Assembly (NCBI GenBank): GCA_964640125.1
Contig: CAZXGG010000001.1
Coordinates: forward strand, 94,445-158,444
Direction: 5' to 3'
Length of the DNA stretch: 64,000 bases
Origin: an uncultured Rikenellaceae bacterium
GTDB taxonomy: Bacteria > Bacteroidota > Bacteroidia > Bacteroidales > VadinHA17
The stretch's first letter is position 1, and every line of letters begins with the position of its first letter. The notes under the pieces were generated by a model. The model was not told the origin of the DNA. It did no database searches and saw only the letters and a program-made list of their open reading frames with translations. Shown here piece after piece: positions 49,716 through 59,266 of this stretch. Both the position numbers and the translations under genes were made by a program.

Positions 49716-50546
49716 TTAAACGATTATGTTTCGGATGTTTTCCACGGTTGATACGATCTTCTCAAAGGTCTCGTCACTCATTTGATCCTCTATTGCATCA
49801 TAATGTCCTTTCAACTCGTTCAGTGCATTAATGATTTCTGTAACATCTTCATCCCCTTTAATCGGCTCCATGATTTCAATCAGCTTATTCAGTGAAGATC
49901 GCTGGTGTAATATGATATCCAGCAAGGCTGCGTTGTCTGCAGCGGTAATGGCTATTTGTGTAGTAATGTACAGACCCTCAATCCAGCTACCGGACATTAC
50001 TAAAATAGCCAGTTTGTCCTGGTTATTATCTGTCAGGTAATTGTAAGTGTCAATAAACGAGTCTGAAATGATGTTGATGAGCGAATCTCCGTTTTCCAGG
50101 TTACTTTCAATCCGTTCAGCGTACGTTTGATTGAATGCGCTTGAAATTTCAATTTCATCGGTAAGCTTTTTGGAAGCATCCAGGTACAACATGGTTTCCT
50201 GCTTCATCATATAGGTGCTTGCATAGCTTAAATCGGCTCCGTAAATACCCAGGTTAACCGCTTTTTCAACCTGTGTAAAGTAATTACCTGCATTTGATGC
50301 TGGATTAGAGATACTGAGAATATAGGGAGCACCTGCCTCATTTAACATGGTGGTGATTTGGAAAGAGGTGGGTAGTGGATAACCCGACATATTTTCAATC
50401 ACTTTCTCTTTTAGTGTATCTGTTTCAGCCGCCTCCAGTTCATTTGATCCAGATTTATCCGGCCTGGAAGTGCAGGCAATCAGACCAGTAACCAATAGGA
50501 TAACCAATCCTGCATTGAGGGTTTTAAAGAAGTTGGATCGTTTCAT
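49716..50546 (-). CDS. Hypothetical all-alpha lipoprotein
   Basis: Signal peptide with lipobox GLIAC. The remainder looks helical by composition. No family was recognised. Confidence 0.6.
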   Translation of the reverse strand: MKRSNFFKTLNAGLVILLVTGLIACTSRPDKSGSNELEAAETDTLKEKVIENMSGYPLPTSFQITTMLNEAGAPYILSISNPASNAGNYFTQVEKAVNLGIYGADLSYASTYMMKQETMLYLDASKKLTDEIEISSAFNQTYAERIESNLENGDSLINIISDSFIDTYNYLTDNNQDKLAILVMSGSWIEGLYITTQIAITAADNAALLDIILHQRSSLNKLIEIMEPIKGDEDVTEIINALNELKGHYDAIEDQMSDETFEKIVSTVENIRNIIV

Positions 50547-50702
50547 TTGTTTTCGGTTTTTAAATTAGGTTTAATGAACGATATGCGATGATCTGATCGC
50601 ATAAAATTATCCTTTCAAAGATCACTACAAGATAATAAAAACATAGAAACTAATAACAACAATGTTTGAACTACTTGATAATACATTCATTTTATACTCT
50701 TA

Positions 50703-51998
50703 TCAGGAGATTGGCATCGTGCTTTCCGGTTGATTTTCATACTCCCGGGAATCGATTATTTCTTTCACTGACTGTATCATGATCCAGATATCTTCATACC
50801 GGCAATAGAGGGGCGAAGGTGCAACCCGGATGATATCAGGACTTCTGAAATCGGCGATGATATTTTTTGATTTCAATGACTGAGCGATCTGTCGGGCATC
50901 TGTTTTTCGTCTAAGGGCGATATGGGCACCCCTTTTTTCGGGATCTGTCGGTGTGCCAATAAAAAAGTCGTAGGGTGGTTCAGACAGGAGGGTATCAACC
51001 AGGGCAATGATGTACGTGGTAAGGTTCGTTGATTTTTCCCGGATCTGTTCAATGCCGGCTTGCAGTATGAGGTCCAGTGCATCTTTCAGGGGGGCCATGC
51101 TAAAAACAGATGGTGTGGATATCTGCCAACCACCGGCATCTCGCTGATGTGAAAAGTCAAGAGACATGTCAAATTGCCTTTCCTTTTGAAAACCAAACCA
51201 GCCTGCCATCATCGGCTCTTTGCCGAAGTGACGTTCATTCAGGTAGATAAATGCGGGGCACCCGGGCCCCCCGTTGAGGTATTTATACCCGCACCAGTAG
51301 GCGAAATCAACACCCATCCCTGATAATGCGTGAGGAACAACTCCCGCAGAGTGAGAACAATCAAATCCAATGATGATTCCTTTTTTATGAGCAGCTTCGG
51401 TGATACGTTCCATATCAAGCAATTGGCCATTTCTGAAATATACCGAAGGGAGCAGTGCAAGCATAACCTCTTCTGTCAGGTATTCCAGGATTTTCTTTTC
51501 CGATATCGATCCATCCGGTTCAGCTGGAACAAGAGCCAGGTGCTGTGCCGGATCGTATCCACGCATCTTGAGGTGCCCTTTCAGGGCATAGATATCGGAG
51601 GGAAAGTTCTTTTCATCAGCCACTATTTTGGTTTTTTTACCCGATGGAGCATAAAATGTATTCAACAATGCATGCTGGTTTACCGTGGTTGTTCCTGTAC
51701 ATATCACCTCACCGGATCGTGCCCCTACCAGAGGAGCCATTAATTTTCCAATCTCTTCTGCCATCCAAAACCAGGGCTGATCTCCATTAAGCCATCCTCC
51801 AATACCCATCGATTTCCATTCGTTAAGCACACGAAGCAGGGAGGCCTCCCCCTCTCTTGAACACAGACCCAATGAGTTACCATTCAGGTAAATCGTCTTC
51901 CCGGGCAGGGAAAAATGTTGTCGAAATTGTTGTAACGGATCCTCCGAATCAAGTGTTTGTGCAAATTCCAGTGAGGGATTAAAGGCGGTTGGTACCAT
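50703..51998 (-). CDS. kynU: Kynureninase
   Basis: YLNGNSLG near the N-terminus and the PLP-lysine region CGYKYLNGGPG. 431 aa. Confidence 0.8.
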   Translation of the reverse strand: MVPTAFNPSLEFAQTLDSEDPLQQFRQHFSLPGKTIYLNGNSLGLCSREGEASLLRVLNEWKSMGIGGWLNGDQPWFWMAEEIGKLMAPLVGARSGEVICTGTTTVNQHALLNTFYAPSGKKTKIVADEKNFPSDIYALKGHLKMRGYDPAQHLALVPAEPDGSISEKKILEYLTEEVMLALLPSVYFRNGQLLDMERITEAAHKKGIIIGFDCSHSAGVVPHALSGMGVDFAYWCGYKYLNGGPGCPAFIYLNERHFGKEPMMAGWFGFQKERQFDMSLDFSHQRDAGGWQISTPSVFSMAPLKDALDLILQAGIEQIREKSTNLTTYIIALVDTLLSEPPYDFFIGTPTDPEKRGAHIALRRKTDARQIAQSLKSKNIIADFRSPDIIRVAPSPLYCRYEDIWIMIQSVKEIIDSREYENQPESTMPIS

Positions 51999-52069
51999 GA
52001 TGCAGGTGTGATTTGTTTTTAGCGGATCTGAATGGATTGTTATGGTGCTTTCTCATAGCCCGGGTCACC

Positions 52070-53194
52070 CTATATTTCATCGATAATACTAAGAATGGCT
52101 GAGACCAACGATGCACCAAAATGTTCGGATCGTTCCGGAGACCAGCCATATTGGGGATCGGGCAGGTTGTCGTTATCTTTAAAAGGCATTTCGATAGTAA
52201 GTGACAAACAATTAAATCGTTGTGCTATGTTTTTTGAACAAATACTTAAATTTGCCTTTCCCGGTCTGTCCCCCGGGTAGCCGTATTCCGTCTGAAAATC
52301 CGGAGTGATGCTCTCCCAATTCATGGTAAAGTGTTCCTGTAAAGAAGCCAATCGTTTGGTAAAATCCGGAATTCCCTGGATGGAAGATGCAAAAACATAG
52401 GGAATACCCTCTTCGCCGTGAATATCCAGGTTGAGGTCTACACCGGTTTTCAGCATGTACTGCAGTGTATAATATACTTCAGGGCTTTTTTCTTTGCTGG
52501 GATTTTCCCATTCGCGGTTCAGATCCACCCCGTTTGCATTGGTTCGCATGTTCCCCCGAATTCCTCCGTCGATATTGAGATAGGGTATGACGTAGATAAC
52601 CGCTTTTTCAATTATTCTACGGGATACCGGATCATCTTCGTCGAGCATCCGATCCAGAAAACCCTGGATGAACCAGGAAGCCATACTTTCACCCGGATGC
52701 TGGCGACCAAGAACCCAGATCTTTTTCTTGTTTTCTGCAGGTTCTCCTAAAATGAGCAGATCGATATCTTTTCCTTCAACGGTCTGTCCGATGGATTCAA
52801 GAATGCACTGAGGGAAACGCTGTGCAGCATGAACCAAATCCAGATGCTGATCATACGTGTAGGGTGCAAAATAGGCATAAAAGACAGCATTATATTCGGG
52901 TTTATGTTCGATGGTTAATACCTGGCCATCAAACGTCGTTGGTACCCTGAACCAGGTCATCCGGTCATAGGAAGCACAGGCATTATAATTCTCCCAGCCC
53001 TCTTTGGAGAATGCATTGCCCGCATTCGTGATCCTGATCCTGCATGGGTAACCGGCAACACCTTGCAACCTGAAATAAAACCACTGGAAAAAATCAGCCC
53101 GGTTGTCCGGCCTGATCTGAAGTTCAATGTTATCGATCTGTTTTGTGGAGATTATTCTGATATTCCCCCCATCAAAGTTGCTGCTGACTTTCAT
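52070..53194 (-). CDS. M14 family metallocarboxypeptidase, cytosolic-carboxypeptidase-like (N-terminal beta-sandwich domain, no signal peptide)
   Basis: N-terminus MKVSSNFDGGNI..., HxxE zinc motif (QHPGES), DLNREW and LDIHGEE. Confidence 0.75.
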   Translation of the reverse strand: MKVSSNFDGGNIRIISTKQIDNIELQIRPDNRADFFQWFYFRLQGVAGYPCRIRITNAGNAFSKEGWENYNACASYDRMTWFRVPTTFDGQVLTIEHKPEYNAVFYAYFAPYTYDQHLDLVHAAQRFPQCILESIGQTVEGKDIDLLILGEPAENKKKIWVLGRQHPGESMASWFIQGFLDRMLDEDDPVSRRIIEKAVIYVIPYLNIDGGIRGNMRTNANGVDLNREWENPSKEKSPEVYYTLQYMLKTGVDLNLDIHGEEGIPYVFASSIQGIPDFTKRLASLQEHFTMNWESITPDFQTEYGYPGDRPGKANLSICSKNIAQRFNCLSLTIEMPFKDNDNLPDPQYGWSPERSEHFGASLVSAILSIIDEI

Positions 53195-53215
53195 AACGGT
53201 ATTCGTTGAAACAAG

Positions 53216-53950
53216 TTATCTTCCTTTGACATGGAATAATTTTGTGTTTTTTTTCAGAACATGAATGGTGAACCAGATTACAGCTGCTGCAGCTGTGAGT
53301 ACAATCCACATTAGGGAAGGATACGGCTTCTTCGTCATAAAAAAATTTCTGAACAGATCAAGAAAGGTAAAGGAGATGAAGATATTGATAAATCCGTGAT
53401 ACTCCCGTTTGATCACATTACGCCAGGAAAAATACAATTGGCTGGATTGCCAATTTCTGAATCGCGGAAAGAAAGCCGGCGTATCAATTGACCAATCCAG
53501 AAATGATTTTCCAAACTTTTCCCGTAGGAATATCTCTTCGGCAAACATGATCCGTTCATAATAGAGCCAGAAGAGTAAAATAAACAGCAGGAGGCACCAT
53601 AGTGACTCAAGAAAGAGGGCAACACCCAGCCAGATGATCAAATTTCCAAGATATAAGGGATGCCTGACAAGGGAATAAATGCCGGTGGTATTCAACATTT
53701 CAGCCCTCTGCCTTTTGATGTTTCTACCCGAAGTGCCTCTCGGGGTCTGTCCAACAGTAATGATACGGATACCCAGCCCCAGTAGGCTTACACCCAGGTA
53801 TATCAGATCCCTGTATGGACTGGGATGATAGCCGGAAAAATCTTTCAGTGCATAATAGATTAGCGCTAAACAGAGGATAAAAACCGGCAGGTATCCCCGC
53901 CTTTTGAATAACCAGTTACCGCTTCTGTTGAATTCTTCGATGAGAGCCAT
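53216..53950 (-). CDS. ICMT/PEMT-like membrane methyltransferase family protein
   Basis: Polytopic. GIYSLVRHPLYLGNLI and EE.FLREKFG motifs are typical of isoprenylcysteine carboxyl methyltransferase-like proteins. Confidence 0.75.
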   Translation of the reverse strand: MALIEEFNRSGNWLFKRRGYLPVFILCLALIYYALKDFSGYHPSPYRDLIYLGVSLLGLGIRIITVGQTPRGTSGRNIKRQRAEMLNTTGIYSLVRHPLYLGNLIIWLGVALFLESLWCLLLFILLFWLYYERIMFAEEIFLREKFGKSFLDWSIDTPAFFPRFRNWQSSQLYFSWRNVIKREYHGFINIFISFTFLDLFRNFFMTKKPYPSLMWIVLTAAAAVIWFTIHVLKKNTKLFHVKGR

Positions 53951-54061
53951 ATTTCAGAAATCATGGATACTGAATCGATGTAAAAGTATAAAAAAAAATG
54001 ACGGGATTAAACCGGCCACCCGGTCAGGAAAGAACTATTCAGGATAAGCGGGGAGGGGAAC

Positions 54062-55249
54062 TTAAAAATTCCATTTCAGGCGAATAAAACCAAAACCCAG
54101 ATCTTCTGTTTGATCGGTAAACTTCCCGTTGAAATATTGAGCGATGAGGGAAATGGAGAGGTTGTCTTTGAGCGATAGATCGAGGGTTGGACCGGCAAAA
54201 ACGGCATCCATGGAAGGGAAGTAAATAACGGCGAGTGTTCCGTTAAACAGGGGTGTGAATGGATAGGATATCTGCATGCCGATCGAATAGTCGGTGAATG
54301 AAAGGGTCTTGACCGAGAGCGGCATGAAGTAAAATTCACTGAAATTGAGGATGGAGAGATCATAACCATTGTACAGAAACTCTGCCAGGAGGTAAATGGA
54401 GTTGTTAAAAGTATAATCTGCGGATATCCCCAGGATCATAAAACCGGAAGTGTCGGAAAACTCCTTTATCGGATGAAAATAGGTAACTTCTCCCCGGAAA
54501 CCGGCTCCCTTAATATCACCCGACCAACCGATACCTGCTACATAATCCTCACTGTTCAGCATACCTCCCAACAGTTGAATGTCGTAATTCCATTTGTTGA
54601 ACCGGAATAATCCGGCAGCCGTAATGTCATTGTTGTGATTCACTTTAACCGCTGCTTCTGCCAGGGACGAGACACCGGTAAAGTACTGGATACGAAGCGC
54701 ATCACTTCCGGGTTTCTCCACATAATCAAAATCGAAGAAGGAATAGGCATTGAAAATATCATTGGGGTTCCACATCATGTTCTGTCCCCAGTTTATCCGT
54801 TGCCTGCCTGCCCGAACCTGTAGATTCCCTTTTGAAAAATCGATCCACAACCGGTCAATGGTGGAATGAAAAATATAGGATTTTCCCTTAAGAAGGTTGG
54901 TTGATAGATCAAACCACCCCTGCTCATTGTTGATCAATTTTGCATAGTATGGGATGGTTTTTATCGATTCACCATAGATGAAGCGGTTTCTGACTTCGAT
55001 GTTTGTTCGGAAGGATTCGGAAATGTACCATTTCATGCTGAGCCGGTTATGGATCGTATTATCGGTGATCCAGGAACCGTCCCAGTATGGGATCATGGCA
55101 CTCTGCATATTGGACAGGTATCCGTTAAACTCGATGGCTCCGTTTCCCTCCTGGGATAAAAGAGGAAAAACAGACAGCAGGAAAAGAGAAACCGATAGTC
55201 TAAACCGTTGATATACCATGCGTTTTTTACTGGGTAACGTCCGAGACAA
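54062..55249 (-). CDS. Outer-membrane beta-barrel protein (alginate-export/porin-like), last gene of the ABC operon
   Basis: Signal peptide, RAGRQRINWGQ motif, alternating-residue strands and an aromatic C-terminus ...FIRLKWNF. Alternative start ATG 55219 lies 7 nt after the ATPase stop. Confidence 0.6.
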   Translation of the reverse strand: MSRTLPSKKRMVYQRFRLSVSLFLLSVFPLLSQEGNGAIEFNGYLSNMQSAMIPYWDGSWITDNTIHNRLSMKWYISESFRTNIEVRNRFIYGESIKTIPYYAKLINNEQGWFDLSTNLLKGKSYIFHSTIDRLWIDFSKGNLQVRAGRQRINWGQNMMWNPNDIFNAYSFFDFDYVEKPGSDALRIQYFTGVSSLAEAAVKVNHNNDITAAGLFRFNKWNYDIQLLGGMLNSEDYVAGIGWSGDIKGAGFRGEVTYFHPIKEFSDTSGFMILGISADYTFNNSIYLLAEFLYNGYDLSILNFSEFYFMPLSVKTLSFTDYSIGMQISYPFTPLFNGTLAVIYFPSMDAVFAGPTLDLSLKDNLSISLIAQYFNGKFTDQTEDLGFGFIRLKWNF

Positions 55250-55910
55250 TTTTGCCGTCTTCCATCGTAATCACACGGTGGGCTTTTTTAACAACCCGGG
55301 CATCATGAGTGGAAAAAATGAAGGTAATATTCTCCTCCCTGTTCAATTTTTCCATGATGTCCAGCAGGTTTTCGGTAGATTTGGAATCCAGATTGGCGGT
55401 CGGTTCGTCAGCGAGGATAAATTTGGGCTTAGAAGCCAATGCTCGTGCTACAGCCACGCGCTGTTGCTGACCACCGGACAGCTTGTTGGGACGGCTGTTT
55501 ATTCGATCAGCCAACCCGACTGCCTGCAATAGTTCTTTTGTTCGGGCATCCCGTTCGCGTTTTGACCTTCCCTGAAGGTGCATGATGAATTCCACATTCT
55601 CTTTGGCAGTAAGTACCGGGATCAGATTGTAGGATTGAAATACAAAGCCGATGTGGTTCATCCTGAAATTGATCAGTTTCCTGGAACGGAGCTTCCAAAT
55701 ATCCACTCCGTCAACGATCACCTCCCCGGAGGTAGGACTATCAAGGCCTCCCAGGAGATTGAGAAACGTTGTTTTGCCTGATCCTGAGGGTCCTACTATG
55801 GCGGCAAATTCTCCCTTTTCAAAATTCAGGTAAATGCCGTTAACGGCTTTCACTTCAAGCCCGGCTCCATCGTAAATCTTGGTCAGGTTCTTAATCTCAA
55901 TAATACTCAT
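55227..55910 (-). CDS. ABC transporter ATP-binding protein (LolD/MacB-type)
   Basis: Walker A GPSGSGKTT, signature LSGGQQQRVAVARAL and Walker B FILADEPT. Confidence 0.9.
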   Translation of the reverse strand: MSIIEIKNLTKIYDGAGLEVKAVNGIYLNFEKGEFAAIVGPSGSGKTTFLNLLGGLDSPTSGEVIVDGVDIWKLRSRKLINFRMNHIGFVFQSYNLIPVLTAKENVEFIMHLQGRSKRERDARTKELLQAVGLADRINSRPNKLSGGQQQRVAVARALASKPKFILADEPTANLDSKSTENLLDIMEKLNREENITFIFSTHDARVVKKAHRVITMEDGKIVSDVTQ

Positions 55911-55937
55911 GTCGATCTATTTAAAAAAGTTACCGAT

Positions 55938-57155
55938 TTATTCGATCCGTAATGCTTCTGCCGGATCATATTTTAATGCCTTGTATGCCGGATAGATGGC
56001 TGCAATAATACCGGTGAACAGCACCATGATGATCACCGTGATCATGAGATTAACATCCATACTGGTAAAGACCCGGGGATCATACCCAAGCTGGGAATAA
56101 CCCTCGGCCCAGAGCGACATATCAATGGCATGTGTTTCAAAATATTTTGATAAGCCACTTCCTGCCAGCGTCCCCACAACCCCGCCAACCAGCGTAAGCA
56201 ATACCGTTTCAAGAACAATCATGTTGAATACCCGCTGTTTGTTCATACCGATTGCCATTAACATACCCAGTTCTTTCACCCGCTCCAGGACAACCATCAA
56301 CATCGTATTGATGATCCCGAATAGCAGGGCAAACAGAATGATGATGATGAAGATGTACATGTAAAGATCCATTACTTCCGTTAAATACCCCATTTCCGGA
56401 CTCAGCTCTTTCCAGTTCAGGATCTCCAAATCCCCATTCATGGCAACAATCTGATGCTGAACCGTATCGACCAGTTCGTTGTTTTCTACCAGTATGGCAA
56501 TTTCATGCCCTGCATGGTCAGGTAATTCAGCAAGACGGGCAATATCACCACGCCTGACAAAAACGGTTGTTTCATCATAGGTTGAATTCGGTGTTTTATA
56601 AATACCAACAACCCGGAATGCTCCGCCGGCAATGTTGTTGTCCAGATCCTGAAGCGTGATGACTACCTTGGAACGAAGCTTAACTTTCAGTTTTTCGGCC
56701 AGTTTATTTCCAATCAGTACAGGATTGCTCCGGATGCCGTTAAAGTATTCACCTTCAATGATGTTCTCCTCCATATCGGTTACCCCTTTTTCATCTTCGG
56801 GATCCACACCAACAATCTTAACACCGGATGCGGTTTCAGCAGAGGATATCATGGATTGGATGACAATCCGGTTGCTGACACCTTTAACACCCGGGATATC
56901 CGCTATTTTCCGGGTCAGCTCAGCGCCCGTTGAGATGTAATTTCCCAGTTCCATAGTGGACCTGAAATCGGGATGGTGAATCTGAATGTGCGACAGTTCA
57001 TTGGAAATCACCTGTTCGATCCGCTGATTCATCATACCGGTAAAAAATGCAGTGGAGAACACACCGGCAGAAATGCCAAGGGTAATGGCTATAATTACCA
57101 CGGTGCTTCTAACCTTATTGCGCCAGATGTTTCTCCAGGATATCGACCATATCAT
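55938..57155 (-). CDS. ABC transporter permease, FtsX/MacB type (4 TM, large periplasmic domain)
   Basis: N-terminus WRNIWRNKVRS, then TM1. A periplasmic domain of about 220 aa follows, then three C-terminal TMs (FtsX domain). Confidence 0.85.
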   Translation of the reverse strand: MIWSISWRNIWRNKVRSTVVIIAITLGISAGVFSTAFFTGMMNQRIEQVISNELSHIQIHHPDFRSTMELGNYISTGAELTRKIADIPGVKGVSNRIVIQSMISSAETASGVKIVGVDPEDEKGVTDMEENIIEGEYFNGIRSNPVLIGNKLAEKLKVKLRSKVVITLQDLDNNIAGGAFRVVGIYKTPNSTYDETTVFVRRGDIARLAELPDHAGHEIAILVENNELVDTVQHQIVAMNGDLEILNWKELSPEMGYLTEVMDLYMYIFIIIILFALLFGIINTMLMVVLERVKELGMLMAIGMNKQRVFNMIVLETVLLTLVGGVVGTLAGSGLSKYFETHAIDMSLWAEGYSQLGYDPRVFTSMDVNLMITVIIMVLFTGIIAAIYPAYKALKYDPAEALRIE

Positions 57156-57194
57156 AATTACACGTTTTAACTGTTTGTTAATTGATCCATTCTG

Positions 57195-58415
57195 TTATGC
57201 CCTGAGTGCCTGATTAACCCGTAAGATACCGGCCCGGTATACCGGGAATATGGCAATCACGGCAGTTATGATGAATATGGCAATGACCTGGTTGTAAAAG
57301 ACCGAAGGCAACCATGAGAATAACAGAAGGGGCTCGATTCCCATCTGGATCATGGTTGCAGCAGCCTCTCCGGTTAATCGTATCGGATGATGAATGAACC
57401 AGGTGATAATCGGAACACTTCCTGCAAAACCAGCCAGCGTGCCAATTAAACCAATCAAAATGGTTTCGAAAAAGAGGATTACCCCAAGCTTCGTACGCTG
57501 CATACCGATGGCAACCATTACCCCCATTTCCCTTCTCCTCTCTGAAAGCATCATCAGGATGGTCCCGAAAATACCAAATCCAACCAGAATATAAAGGATG
57601 GCCTTCATAACAACTCCCCCGGCCCTGTCTGCCTCAATGAGCTGAACCACCTCGGGGTGCATCTCATTCCAGGTCATCAGACGATACGGAGAACCGATCT
57701 TTTCCTGTAGCCTTTCACGCACCCCGGGCATTGCATAATGATCCGTAACCATGATCACGAGAGCTGTAAGAAGCGATTCGGCTGAATAGAATTCCCTGCA
57801 ATTGTCTATGTCCATATAGATGAGCTCCTGGTTGATCTCGGGATTGGGGAATTCCAGAATGCCACGAATGGGGTATTTGCCTGCTGCACTCACCCCATGA
57901 TAGCCCTGACCCAGTAACACAAGGGTGTCTGATACACCAAGACCCAAACGGTTGATCAACCCGGACACTACCAGCAATCCGTCATCCCCGGGTTCCAGAT
58001 AATGCCCTGAGGTAATCCATTTGCTGACTTCGGTGATACGGTCTTCTCCTTCAGGATCAACACCCATAATCATGGCTCCCTTTGTGGTCTCTTCGGATGA
58101 GGCAAGTGCAAACGATACAAACCGGGGTGCGATTTGTGTAACCCCCTCAGTTTGTTTAACAATATTGATCAGTGAGTCCGTTTCCGGGAATGAATTGTTG
58201 ATGGTCTTATCTTCCCAATAATCTTCCTGGTGGATCTGCATGTAACCGGAATAAAACTTCACCCAGTTATCCACCATGGATGTGTATGACCCTTCCTGCA
58301 TGGAAGACATCACGGTGGAAATAATGACCGCAAAAAATACGGAGGAGACAGTGATTAAGGTTCTTCGCTTGTTCCTCCATAAGTTTTTCCATGCAATCTT
58401 CAAGTTTTTCATCAC
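57195..58415 (-). CDS. ABC transporter permease, FtsX/MacB type (paralog of the downstream permease)
   Basis: N-terminus WKNLWRNKRRT. Same 1+3 TM architecture with a large periplasmic domain. Confidence 0.85.
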   Translation of the reverse strand: MMKNLKIAWKNLWRNKRRTLITVSSVFFAVIISTVMSSMQEGSYTSMVDNWVKFYSGYMQIHQEDYWEDKTINNSFPETDSLINIVKQTEGVTQIAPRFVSFALASSEETTKGAMIMGVDPEGEDRITEVSKWITSGHYLEPGDDGLLVVSGLINRLGLGVSDTLVLLGQGYHGVSAAGKYPIRGILEFPNPEINQELIYMDIDNCREFYSAESLLTALVIMVTDHYAMPGVRERLQEKIGSPYRLMTWNEMHPEVVQLIEADRAGGVVMKAILYILVGFGIFGTILMMLSERRREMGVMVAIGMQRTKLGVILFFETILIGLIGTLAGFAGSVPIITWFIHHPIRLTGEAAATMIQMGIEPLLLFSWLPSVFYNQVIAIFIITAVIAIFPVYRAGILRVNQALRA

Positions 58416-58494
58416 AACTTTGAATGGTTTAAGTTTACATTAAGCTACTAGGGTATATACCAACTTTAATCTGTCTATACCAAATTTACAAAAG

Positions 58495-59265
58495 CTACCG
58501 GACCCGCCGCATGTTCTGAATGGAGAAAAAATCATCCTCCATGGGGACGTTGAATGTCACATGGGTGAACTCCATCGTTGTTTTTTGCCCCTCCTTGTCA
58601 ACCGGAATGATCTCAAAATAGGTGGGGATAACACGATCTCCTACGTTTTTTATTTTTGATAGGATTTCACGATTTACCAGATACCCGTCTTCATCGTAAT
58701 ATTCATTCTTCAGGGTGAAATACTCATCCCTGGAGATCCAGGATATAATCTTCCCCCATACAACCGGAGCATCCTCGTGTGGTTCCAATTGAATCTTATA
58801 ACAGTCGTACTCTTCAATCGTTTCAGTTCCAATAAGGGTGTGGCTGTAATCTTCTACGATTGATGATTCCTTCACCAGATCATCGTTGGTCATATCCGAT
58901 CCCATCCACGACTGCATCATCATCGATGGGGGGATCTTGATCATGCGTTCGATAGAAGGAACCCAATTCCACATCTCCTTCTCACGCTTCAAAAAGACCT
59001 GACCACTCTCTTTCGCGGGTTCTGTGATATAAATCAGGGATAAGTCAGTTCCTTTTGACCATGCTTTGAAGGAAAGGGTTCGATCCCATTTGGGGCGTAT
59101 GATCTTCATGGTCATTTCCGCATAACTGGAATTTCCACGCATCAGCTGATTCGCTCTGTCGATAATCTCCTTTGCTGTGGGATTATCCTGAGCCTGCAAC
59201 AGTCCCTTGCCGGGAAGTACTGTTCCAATTAGAAATACCAGTAAAAAAAAGTTGATCTTTTTCAT
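58495..59265 (-). CDS. Periplasmic LolA-like outer-membrane lipoprotein-sorting family protein (TP0789-like)
   Basis: Signal peptide MKKINFFLLVFLIGTVLPG. A body of about 230 aa is rich in beta strands. Sits immediately upstream of the FtsX/ABC genes. ATG 59265 abuts the tetR stop; the ORF track start at 59289 overlaps tetR. Confidence 0.6.
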   Translation of the reverse strand: MKKINFFLLVFLIGTVLPGKGLLQAQDNPTAKEIIDRANQLMRGNSSYAEMTMKIIRPKWDRTLSFKAWSKGTDLSLIYITEPAKESGQVFLKREKEMWNWVPSIERMIKIPPSMMMQSWMGSDMTNDDLVKESSIVEDYSHTLIGTETIEEYDCYKIQLEPHEDAPVVWGKIISWISRDEYFTLKNEYYDEDGYLVNREILSKIKNVGDRVIPTYFEIIPVDKEGQKTTMEFTHVTFNVPMEDDFFSIQNMRRVR

Positions 59266-59266
59266 C

